Positions 1 to 9,023 of a stretch of DNA of 23,056 bases are shown one piece after another. Where the stretch lies: NCBI GenBank assembly GCA_977017575.1, contig CDRNVI010000112.1:1-23056 (forward strand). The letters are read 5' to 3'. The notes below the pieces were generated by a model. The model saw nothing but the letters and a program-made list of their open reading frames with translations, was not told where the DNA came from and ran no database searches. A program made the position numbers and the translations under genes. Source of the stretch: Paramoeba atlantica (Eukaryota; Protista; Discosea). The first letter of the stretch is position 1. Every line of letters begins with the position of its first letter.

Positions 1-57
1 ATATCCCCTGCGCATTTTAACTCCCTCTTAAATGATAACAGCGCAGATGTTAACTCT

Positions 58-2949
58 TTACTCTTGGATTTTGAACAGGCTCTCAGCTACCGCGGCTCTG
101 ACATACACACTTGCATCTTTAAGGCGGGCGACCAGCGCGCGCACCACCAGTTCTGGCAAAGACGTTTGCTCACCTAAGGCACGAGCCGCCGGGATTCTGA
201 CGTGCTCTTCCACATCATCAAGGCGAGCGGCCAACGCGAGCACCACTGGCTCTGACAAGGACGTTTGCTTGCCCAAGGCAACAGCCGCCACGGCTCTGAC
301 CTTCCCTTTCGCACTTTCAAGGCGAGCGGCCAATGCGAGCACCACTGGCTCTGACAAGGACGTTTGCTTGTCTAAGATATGATACGCCGCGATGCCGGTG
401 TACCCTTGCCCATTTTCAGCAAGGTGAGTGAGTGCGAACACCACCCGCTCTGGCAAGGACGTTTGCTTGCTTAAGGCATCAGCCACCGCAGAGACGACGT
501 ACTCTTCCCCATGTTTAAGGCGAGCTACCAGCACGAGCAACACTGGCTCTGGCAACGATGTTTGAGCGCCTAAGGCACCAGCCATCTCGGCTATGAGATC
601 CCTATCCGCAGTATTCAGATCTGTAAGGCAAGCAGTCAGTGCTACGATAAGGGATTCGGGGAGTTCAACGTGTCGCTTGCCTAGTTCTTTAAGGAAAATG
701 ATAACCGCTCGTTGATACTCTCCCCGTTCGACTGCTGGCGGTGCTAACGCATTCAGCAACCTGCCTTCTTTCACTAGGCGTGCACTCAATGCCACACTAC
801 TTATCAGCGATTGTCTAGCTTTTTGCAGGACACTATCAGCACCATTATCATACCTCCTCGCGTAATAACCATACTTGGCGATCTGCGTAAGCTGATGATC
901 AGCATGACGCAGCCAGCGGTTGTGTCGTTCCTCAGGTAACCCAGGCTGTCCTGCGTCGGTAACATATTCTTCCAGCAGCCGAATACTCAAGCTAGCCTGT
1001 CGAAGCCCTAACACGTCATAGGGTGCTTGCTCCAACAAGTCAAAGAACCGCTTGGCGTGTTGTTCTCCTTTGTTTGCCAGTAGTCCTACCACAAACCACC
1101 ACACCACTTCATACTGCTCATCAAACTTATACCGCTGGATGAACTCGACTACGGTCGGATAAGGTGGCTGCGCTTGCCCCACTGGCCGGTACTCAGCCAA
1201 CCCCCATGGCTGAGTCCCATCACTAAACGCTTCGACAATGTGCCACGCTGCATAAAATTCTTGAAAGGTCAGGTGAAGGAAATAATAACTTGCCGGGCTG
1301 CCCTCAGTGGCCGCAATTTCTTTGAGTAAACCAATAGCTAAGATAGCTTGCAGCGATAGACGCTTCCTCTCCCGTTTTGACCAGTACTGCAGTACTTGCT
1401 CTACCTCTACTTTCGGTAATAACAAGTCCCCCGTTACCAATCCACGAATAGCCATCATGCCCAAACAACGTTGTTCTCGTTGGCATAGCGTTAATACTTC
1501 ATCATCTCTAAGTTCATCATTGACGTATGCCGCAAATTCATCACCATATTCACTTTTTAGATAAGCAATGCGCCGCTCGCACCCGCGCTGTCCAACTTCA
1601 AGATAGCGCGATAATAATCGTTGATTTAGTTGCGTATAGAGTATGGTCATGGTAATCGTGCTGGGATTAGCTTTTTGCCATAGGCTGTCATGCTGCCATA
1701 CATAACAGATAAGCGCTAACTGAATCGGTATATGCGCAATTCCCCACACCGCACGATTCGCTTGCAAGTGCTGAGTTAACGCATGGCCTTTTTTAACTTC
1801 TGCTGCACTTTCACTTTTAAAATAGCACGTAATGTATTTCGGAATATTCTTATCAATAAACCCCATGACTTCGAGCTCGCGGTCAACTTTTTCTCCAGCA
1901 CAGTCTTGCCGGAAATTTTGCATGTGATGCGGGCGTGAGGTCACTATCCACCGTGCTTTGCCAGTCAACTCTGCAAACAAATTCCATACCGGGTGGCGCT
2001 GACAACTGTCATACATGGAATCTGCTCTGGATAAATTCGCTATCTCATCATACCCATCAAGGATATAGAGAATGTGCGTTGCTTCATCTACCAATGCTGC
2101 TACGTCTTCAGCGTTGATGCGACGCCGTTTCGCTATCTGTTGGAATCCAGCCCGTTCCCACACAAAGTCCCCCAGCGTTGGGGTATTGCCACGGGCACGT
2201 ATCTGTTTAGCATAGCCTGCCAATTCTCGTAATGATATTCCGATGACCGCAGTAAATTGATTAACGGGGTCATTTTGCCATGGCGCGTCAGTTGCCCATT
2301 GATGGCATAGATAACGACACAACGTACTCTTGCCAATCCCCGCACGGCCTAGTACCAATAACCGATGAATGGGTTTATTGGGCTCATCAGCTGTCCGCCG
2401 TTGTTTGGGCGCGTCTGTTGCTGGCTTCCGTTCAATTGGCTTAAATAATTCTGCTGGCGTAATCGTTTCAGTGTGTTTTACATTATGCAAGCTCTCATAC
2501 GTGTGTAAGCGTGCATCATGTATCGATGAACCATCTGCTTTTGGTTTATCTTCTGAAGAAGCTTCTTTTTCTAACTTATTCGCTTTCTCTAATTGTTCCT
2601 TTTCTAATTTTGGTGCCACTTTCTGGATAATGCTCAAGTTGATATAGCACTCGGCTAATGAGGTTTCCCCTTTGTCAAACAAGCGGGGCAATGTCGACTG
2701 GGACTTGGTTTGGTAATAATCTCGAAACACATCAGCTAACTTTGCTTTGTTTTGTTTTATATTAATCTGAACTAGCTTTTCTCTTGCCTGGTAAAGCAAG
2801 TCTTCAGGGATAGTTTCCCCTTTTAGTTTAATAATTAATTTCGAAATGTGAACAACCCCTACCTGTGAAAGCACGAGATTACCGGCTAACGCTCGTGCAA
2901 TGGTTGTTGCATTTACATCGCCGCTTACCTGTGCACCAGACTCAACCAC
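58..2949 (-). CDS. NACHT-family STAND NTPase (NLR-like) with C-terminal HEAT-like repeats; main uninterrupted ORF, 963 aa, probably the 3' part of a longer gene
   Basis: Walker A GRAGIGKST (2323-2349), Walker B ILYILDGYDE (~2045-2074), WIVTSRP sensor motif, HIPIQLALIC motif, winged-helix motif FLHLTFQEFYAA (~1250-1285), then 33-aa helical repeats. The annotated start is a GTG inside a frame that stays open upstream to 3021. Confidence 0.9.
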   Translation of the reverse strand: MVESGAQVSGDVNATTIARALAGNLVLSQVGVVHISKLIIKLKGETIPEDLLYQAREKLVQINIKQNKAKLADVFRDYYQTKSQSTLPRLFDKGETSLAECYINLSIIQKVAPKLEKEQLEKANKLEKEASSEDKPKADGSSIHDARLHTYESLHNVKHTETITPAELFKPIERKPATDAPKQRRTADEPNKPIHRLLVLGRAGIGKSTLCRYLCHQWATDAPWQNDPVNQFTAVIGISLRELAGYAKQIRARGNTPTLGDFVWERAGFQQIAKRRRINAEDVAALVDEATHILYILDGYDEIANLSRADSMYDSCQRHPVWNLFAELTGKARWIVTSRPHHMQNFRQDCAGEKVDRELEVMGFIDKNIPKYITCYFKSESAAEVKKGHALTQHLQANRAVWGIAHIPIQLALICYVWQHDSLWQKANPSTITMTILYTQLNQRLLSRYLEVGQRGCERRIAYLKSEYGDEFAAYVNDELRDDEVLTLCQREQRCLGMMAIRGLVTGDLLLPKVEVEQVLQYWSKRERKRLSLQAILAIGLLKEIAATEGSPASYYFLHLTFQEFYAAWHIVEAFSDGTQPWGLAEYRPVGQAQPPYPTVVEFIQRYKFDEQYEVVWWFVVGLLANKGEQHAKRFFDLLEQAPYDVLGLRQASLSIRLLEEYVTDAGQPGLPEERHNRWLRHADHQLTQIAKYGYYARRYDNGADSVLQKARQSLISSVALSARLVKEGRLLNALAPPAVERGEYQRAVIIFLKELGKRHVELPESLIVALTACLTDLNTADRDLIAEMAGALGAQTSLPEPVLLVLVARLKHGEEYVVSAVADALSKQTSLPERVVFALTHLAENGQGYTGIAAYHILDKQTSLSEPVVLALAARLESAKGKVRAVAAVALGKQTSLSEPVVLALAARLDDVEEHVRIPAARALGEQTSLPELVVRALVARLKDASVYVRAAVAESLFKIQE
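76..570 (-). repeat. Five tandem 99-bp (33-aa) HEAT/PBS-lyase-like coding repeats, plus a degenerate sixth copy upstream
   Basis: Units begin GAQTSLPE, SKQTSLPE, DKQTSLSE, GKQTSLSE and GEQTSLPE, 33 aa apart. Bases 218-271 and 317-370 are identical at 53 of 54 nt. Confidence 0.9.
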
Positions 2950-3665
2950 GTTAATGTTGACGACAACATTACCCTCTGCATCTGATGCTTCTACTTCTGG
3001 AATGAGCTCGGGATCTCTTCCTCATGCTTCTCCACAGATAAATACACGTGATCACTAGACGACAAGCTACTGCTGGATGAGTTGCTAAAAGAAGCGGCAG
3101 CAGGGTAATAGCCCCGCTGCCGTTCCGAATGAATTGATGTTGGATTTGAGTGGCTTATGGACTGCCTGATGGTTGTATTACCGCTGCTTCCTGTTGCTGC
3201 TGCAACTTTGGGGAAGTATTTTCTTCCTCATTTCCAGGCACATCTATTTCTTCTTCCTTTTCCCACTCTTTAGAGCCATGACTGCCACCGACGTCCAAAG
3301 GAAGAGTATTCGGAGAAGGTGGAGAGAACATACCTTGAGAAGATGCAGCTTGTGCTAGAGAAGGAGCGGCTGATGGCACGTGAGTGAATTTAAATCCTTG
3401 AGCCTGTGCCTCCCTCGTTATTACTTCAACATCTTTACCGACTTTGCCACCCTCAGTTACAACAGTTGTATGTATATCAACGTTTGCCTTCGGCAACTTG
3501 CTTGCCTCTTTCTCATATTTTGTCTGTTCTTGTAGCCCAATTGCATACAAAGCACCCCGCTTCCTGCGGATTTACGAAATCTAGGTTAAACTCAGCCCCT
3601 GCTGCAGCCCTCCCATGCTCGGTGACAACCCTAACACTTCCGCCTATTATCAGTTTTTGCAGGTT
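2950..3665 (-). CDS. Probable N-terminal continuation of the NACHT-HEAT gene, broken by three single-base slips and cut off at the junction; includes track ORF 3155..3550
   Basis: Three one-base corrections (+1 at G3 3010-3012, +1 at T3 3207-3209, -1 at C4 3555-3558) give one open frame NLQKLIIGGSVRVVTEHG...NPQEAGALYAIGLQEQ...TSPKVAAATGSSGN...VEKHEEEIPELIPEVEASDAEGNVVVNINVVESG. The first in-frame stop upstream is at 3666-3668, at the composition switch. Slip positions are inferred. Confidence 0.6.
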
Positions 3666-3674
3666 CTAAAGGTT
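3661..3674. other. Junction between GC-balanced bacterial-like DNA and AT-rich mitochondrial DNA
   Basis: Abrupt composition change. AGGTT-CTAA-AGGTT direct repeat at 3661-3665 and 3670-3674. Reading frames on both sides end here. Confidence 0.85.
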
Positions 3675-3863
3675 TTTTGATAAATTAGCTATAAATAAAA
3701 TAAATGGTGTATTTGAAGAAATGGTTTTAGAAAGTAAAAAATTATTTTGATTACCTTTTTTTCAATTTTAAATGATGTAATTCATCCTGATAAAGTTGGT
3801 CTAAATTATAACTTTTTAGAAAGTTTTTTAGGCTCTTATAATAAATGATGTATTAATATTTAA
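3670..3863 (+). CDS. 3' remnant of an unidentified mitochondrial protein gene (5' part lost at the junction)
   Basis: With UGA=Trp and +1 T at the T7 run 3756-3762 it reads RFFDKLAINKINGVFEEMVLESKKLFWLPFFSILNDVIHPDKVGLNYNFLESFLGSYNKWCINI*. It stops 5 nt before the cox2 ATG, the tight spacing seen elsewhere in this genome. Confidence 0.5.
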
Positions 3864-3868
3864 AAAAA

Positions 3869-4889
3869 ATGATTAATTTTGTAAATAATATAATTTTTTC
3901 AAATTTAGAGGCAGATTATGCTTTACCTGGACAATTAGGTTTTCAATACCCAGCTAATACTATAGCTCGAGGAATTATTGATTTGCATAATCATATTATG
4001 TTTTTTTTAGTTTTTATTGTTGTATTTACTTTTGCTATGATTTATTTCACTTTAAGTACATTTACAATAAATAATAATAGTAATTTAGAGATTTTTAATA
4101 AAGTAAAAAATTTTTATAATGTAAGAATTTCGCATAATACATTATTAGAAACTCTTTGAATTATAATACCAAGTTTAATATTAATATCTATAGCAATACC
4201 GTCTTTTGCTTTATTATATGCTATGGAAATATCTGGTGTAAGTCTGTTAACAATGAAAGTTACAGGACATCAGTGATATTGATCTTATTCTTTTGTATTT
4301 AGTTTAGATAATCCTCAAAATTGTATATGATATTGCGAGTAATACAAATATAGAGTTAGGAGGTTCTTTTTCAAATAATATAGCTGAATTTAGTTTCGAT
4401 AGTTATATGGTACCTACTAATGAATTATCAGATAAAGGTTTACGTTTATTAGAAACTACAAATCCAGTAGTATTGCCTGTAGATACTTTTATAAAAGTAT
4501 ATGTAACAGCTAGTGATGTATTACATTGTTGAGCTGTCCCTTCATTAGGTATAAAAATAGATGCTTGTCCTGGTAGGTTAAATCAGGTAAATTTATTTAT
4601 AGATAGAATTGGTCATTTTTATGGTCAATGTAGTGAATTATGTGGTGTAAATCATGGTTTTATGCCTATTGAAATATATAGTATAACTAAATTAGATTAT
4701 ATTACATATTTATGTTTAGCTTGTGAAGATTTTAGAAATAATTCGTTTAATCAACTAATAAATTATTATCATTATTTTTATGAAGATGGAAGTAATGCTA
4801 TTGTTTTTACTAGAGGTTTCTATGATTGATGACAAGATCAACTTAATTTATCAATAAAAGAATTTTTAAATAAAGAAAATAGTATATAA
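3869..4889 (+). CDS. cox2: Cytochrome c oxidase subunit 2 (UGA=Trp; one frameshift near 4317-4320)
   Basis: [32 protein letters not shown] and the CuA motif [16 protein letters not shown]. The frame changes between 4308 and 4340 and is restored by removing one A from the A4 run. Confidence 0.95.
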
Positions 4890-4892
4890 AAT

Positions 4893-5761
4893 ATGATTAA
4901 TAAATTTAAACATTTTCATTTTTGACATATTGTAACAATTAGTCCATGACCTTTATTATTATCTATGTTTGCATTATCAATGCCAGTAGGTTTAGTAACT
5001 TTTTTTCAAGGATTTTATTATGGTGTACCTGTATTTTTTATAGGTTTAATTATGGTAATATTTATTATATGTTTATGATTTAGAGATATAGTAATTGAAG
5101 CAAGTTATGAAGGTCATCATACTAAACAAGTTCAATCAAGCTTAATTATAAGCTTTTTACTTTTTATTTTTTCAGAAGTAATGCTTTTTGTAGCTTTTTT
5201 CTGAGCTTTTTTTCATTCAAGTATTTTTCCTACAGTAGAATTAAATTGTAGTTGACCTCCCGTAGGAATGAGTGAAATAATTATGGATCCTTTGGTATTC
5301 CTTTATTAAATACTTTATTATTATTAACATCAGGTGCTACTTTAACTTTAGCACATTTATATTTAAAACAAGGATATATGGATAAATGTTTATTAACTAT
5401 GGTTGTTACAATTGTATTTGCTGTATTATTTTTATCTTTTCAGTTTTATGAATATAGTGTTTCTGCTTTTGATATTTCAGATGGTGTTTATGGTTCAACT
5501 TTTTTTTGTTGTACTGGTTTACATGGTTTTCACGTTATTGTTGGTACTATAGCTTTAAGTATGACTACTTATCGTATATATTTATCACATTTTTCACGTA
5601 ATCACCATTTAGGTTTTGAATTTGCAGCTTGATATTGACATTTTGTTGATGTAGTATGATTATTTTTATATATGATTATATATTGTTGAGGTAGTGATAT
5701 GGTAGCTCCTCTTATATTAGAATTAAAAGATGGAAAAGAGAATATTTTTTATTTAGTATAA
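4893..5761 (+). CDS. cox3: Cytochrome c oxidase subunit 3 (UGA=Trp; one frameshift at 5291-5293)
   Basis: HIVTISPWP, FSEVMLFVAFFWAFFH, DP(F)GIPLLNT after adding one T, GLHGFHV, AAWYWHFVDVVW. Confidence 0.95.
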
Positions 5762-5768
5762 ATTTACA

Positions 5769-7430
<1,662 letters not shown>

Positions 7431-7446
7431 TAATTTTACTAATATA

Positions 7447-7520
7447 ATCCCTCTGGTCTAATTGGTTAAGACATATCACTCATAATGGTACTGATATAGG
7501 TTCAAGTCCTATGGGGGATA
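7447..7520 (+). tRNA. trnI: tRNA with CAU anticodon, most likely tRNA-Ile(CAU), lysidine type
   Basis: Full cloverleaf with loop CUCAUAA. C4:G69, C5:G68 and U6:G67 are shared with the tRNA-Ile(GAU) here. Acceptor stem fully paired. Ile versus elongator Met is an inference. Confidence 0.8.
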
Positions 7521-7521
7521 A

Positions 7522-7593
7522 ATAGTTGTAGTGTAGTGGTTAACATATTAGTCTTCAAAACTAATGACATAGGTTCAAATCCTATCAACTGTG
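7522..7593 (+). tRNA. trnW: tRNA-Trp(UCA)
   Basis: Cloverleaf, anticodon TCA at 7555-7557, G73; matches UGA use at conserved Trp sites. Confidence 0.95.
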
Positions 7594-7625
7594 TTAATTA
7601 TAGATGATATAATTAAATATAATAA

Positions 7626-7697
7626 AATAGGGTGACTGAAAGGTAAAGTATTGTTTTTTGGCAGCAAATCGTGTAGGTTCGAGTCCTACTCCTAAGT
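7626..7697 (+). tRNA. trnQ: tRNA-Gln(UUG), mismatches at 1:72 and 2:71
   Basis: Anticodon TTG 7658-7660; T arm GTAGG-TTCGAGT-CCTAC; acceptor AATAGGG/TCCTAAG. Confidence 0.9.
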
Positions 7698-7710
7698 ATT
7701 AAAATTTTTT

Positions 7711-7783
7711 TTAAGGATAGTATAAATGGTTATTATAATTGATTGCAAATCTATAGATATCGGTTCGAGTCCGTTTCCTAACT
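7711..7783 (+). tRNA. trnC: tRNA-Cys(GCA), mismatches at 1:72 and 3:70
   Basis: Anticodon GCA 7745-7747; U73; acceptor TTAAGGA/TCCTAAC. Confidence 0.9.
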
Positions 7784-7810
7784 TTTTTAAATTTAATATA
7801 AATATAATAA

Positions 7811-7883
7811 ATACCTATAGTTTAATTGGTTAAAACATGCATTTGATAAGTGCAAATTGATAGTTCGAGTCTATCTGGGGTTA
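7811..7883 (+). tRNA. trnI: tRNA-Ile(GAU), mismatches at 2:71 and 3:70
   Basis: Anticodon GAT 7845-7847; acceptor ATACCTA/TGGGGTT. Confidence 0.93.
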
Positions 7884-7892
7884 TAAATAAAA

Positions 7893-7965
7893 AAATAGTT
7901 AGCTCAATTGGTAGAGCATCGGCCTTTTAAGCTGAGGGTTATAGGTTCGAGCCCTATACTATCTA
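7893..7965 (+). tRNA. trnK: tRNA-Lys(UUU), mismatch at 2:71
   Basis: Anticodon TTT in loop CTTTTAA 7924-7930; acceptor AAATAGT/ACTATCT. Confidence 0.95.
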
Positions 7966-7971
7966 TAAAAA

Positions 7972-8044
7972 TATGGAATGGTGTAATAGGTTAGCACATC
8001 GAGTTGTGATTTCGATAGTATGAGTTCAAGTCTCATTTCTTACC
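7972..8044 (+). tRNA. trnH: tRNA-His(GUG), mismatches at pairs 1, 2 and 3; G-1 not encoded
   Basis: Anticodon GTG 8006-8008; C73; acceptor TATGGAA/TTCTTAC; base -1 (7971) is A. Confidence 0.92.
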
Positions 8045-8110
8045 TAAATTAAGAATAATAAAATTAATAAAATATATATTTTATTAAAATTTTTTTATTA
8101 ATTTGTAAAG

Positions 8111-8184
8111 ATAGATGTGATGGAATTGGTAGACATATTAGTTTTAGGCACTAAATTTTAGGGGTTCGAGTCCCCTCATCTGTA
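8111..8184 (+). tRNA. trnL: tRNA-Leu(UAG) with a short 5-nt variable region
   Basis: Leu-type D arm ATGGAATTGGTAGACAT; anticodon TAG 8145-8147; A73; variable region ATTTT 8155-8159. Confidence 0.9.
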
Positions 8185-8218
8185 TTGTATGTATAAAAAA
8201 AGAAAAAATATTTTTTAT

Positions 8219-8289
8219 AAGGATGTAGTTTAAAGGTAAAATATCTATTTTGGGTGTAGACGTTATAGGTTCAAATCCTATCGTCCTGA
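8219..8289 (+). tRNA. trnP: tRNA-Pro(UGG), mismatch at 1:72
   Basis: Anticodon TGG 8251-8253; acceptor AAGGATG/CGTCCTG; A73. Confidence 0.95.
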
Positions 8290-8302
8290 TAATTATAATA
8301 AC

Positions 8303-8376
8303 AAGGAGGTAGCTTAATAGGCTAAAGCTTTAACCTGTCGAGTTAAAAGATGAGGGTTCGAATCCCTTCCTCCGCA
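8303..8376 (+). tRNA. trnD: tRNA-Asp(GUC), mismatches at 1:72 and 2:71
   Basis: Anticodon GTC 8337-8339; acceptor AAGGAGG/CCTCCGC; discriminator A. Confidence 0.93.
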
Positions 8377-8676
8377 TAAAATATAATAAAATATGTTTAT
8401 TTTATTACTATATAATCAAGATGTTTTGTATATAAAATATAAAATATTATCTATTATATCTATTATATCAATTTATGATAAATGTACATTTACCATATGA
8501 AATAACAGTCATAAAACATACATATTTTACTTAAAATTTTTTTAAAAAGAGAAAAAATTATAAAATAAATAATTATAGTAATTTAAAAGATTTTATTTTT
8601 TTAATAAAATAAAAAATTAGTAAATTAATATGATTATTTATTTTAGATATATCTTACTTTAATAATATATGATTTA

Positions 8677-8748
8677 TTTTTCTTCGTCTAATGGTTAGGA
8701 CATTGCTCTTTCACAGCAGAAATAAGGGTTCAAATCCCTTAGAAATGA
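8677..8748 (+). tRNA. trnE: tRNA-Glu(UUC), mismatch at 2:71
   Basis: Anticodon TTC 8710-8712; acceptor TTTTTCT/AGAAATG. Confidence 0.93.
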
Positions 8749-8849
8749 AATTATTTTATCCGTATTAATTTAATTTAATAAAATTTTTTTGTAAATTTTT
8801 GAAATCTATTATACACTGATTTAAGTATATTATTTGTCACATATAATAA

Positions 8850-8868
8850 GGGGGGTTTGGGGGGTTTG
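8850..8868 (+). repeat. (GGGGGGTTT)x2+G tract between two AT-rich hairpins; possible control element
   Basis: G6-T3-G6-T3-G is the only such intergenic G-tract I found in the AT-rich segment. The function is not shown by the sequence. Confidence 0.6.
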
Positions 8869-8922
8869 TATAAGAGATAATATTTTATTTTCATATACAA
8901 AAATTTTTATTAATTATTTTTT

Positions 8923-9005
8923 AATGGTGTGATGGAATTGGTAAACATGATAGACTTAAAATCTATTGCCTTTTAGGCTTGAGGGTTCGAGTCCCTCCTC
9001 CAATA
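8923..9005 (+). tRNA. trnL: tRNA-Leu(UAA) with long variable arm; mismatches at 2:71 and 6:67
   Basis: Anticodon TAA 8957-8959; variable arm TGCCTTTTAGGCTT; acceptor AATGGTG/CTCCAAT. Confidence 0.93.
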
Positions 9006-9023
9006 ACGATGAGTTAATTATTT

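Noticed and set aside
218-470. Regularly spaced direct repeats that could look like a CRISPR array
   Set aside because: The 99-bp period is in frame within a protein, the copies are degenerate, and there are no cas genes.
32-2647. Track ORFs on the + strand (32..382, 1307..1564, 1935..2117, 2369..2647) and short - strand ORFs (1304..1486, 2133..2345)
   Set aside because: They are shadow or alternative frames of the NACHT-HEAT gene with no recognisable motifs; the repeats in 32..382 mirror the HEAT units.
3173-3669. + strand ORFs 3173..3358 and 3406..3669
   Set aside because: Antisense to the reconstructed N-terminal extension, with no motif support.
8111-8184. CUN codon reassignment to Thr or Ala
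   Set aside because: The CTT codons I checked occupy Leu-compatible positions, the anticodon loop has the normal 7 nt, and there is no G3:U70 pair.
8393-8545. 50-codon ORF (MFILLLYNQD...) between trnD and trnE, containing a 9-bp tandem TCTATTATA
   Set aside because: Short and extremely AT-rich, with no MPQL-type atp8 start or other motif; expected by chance.
8750-8920. RNase P RNA (rnpB) in the trnE-trnL spacer
   Set aside because: No convincing match to the two conserved P4 strands (GGAAAGUC and ACAnAAnnnnGCUUA types).
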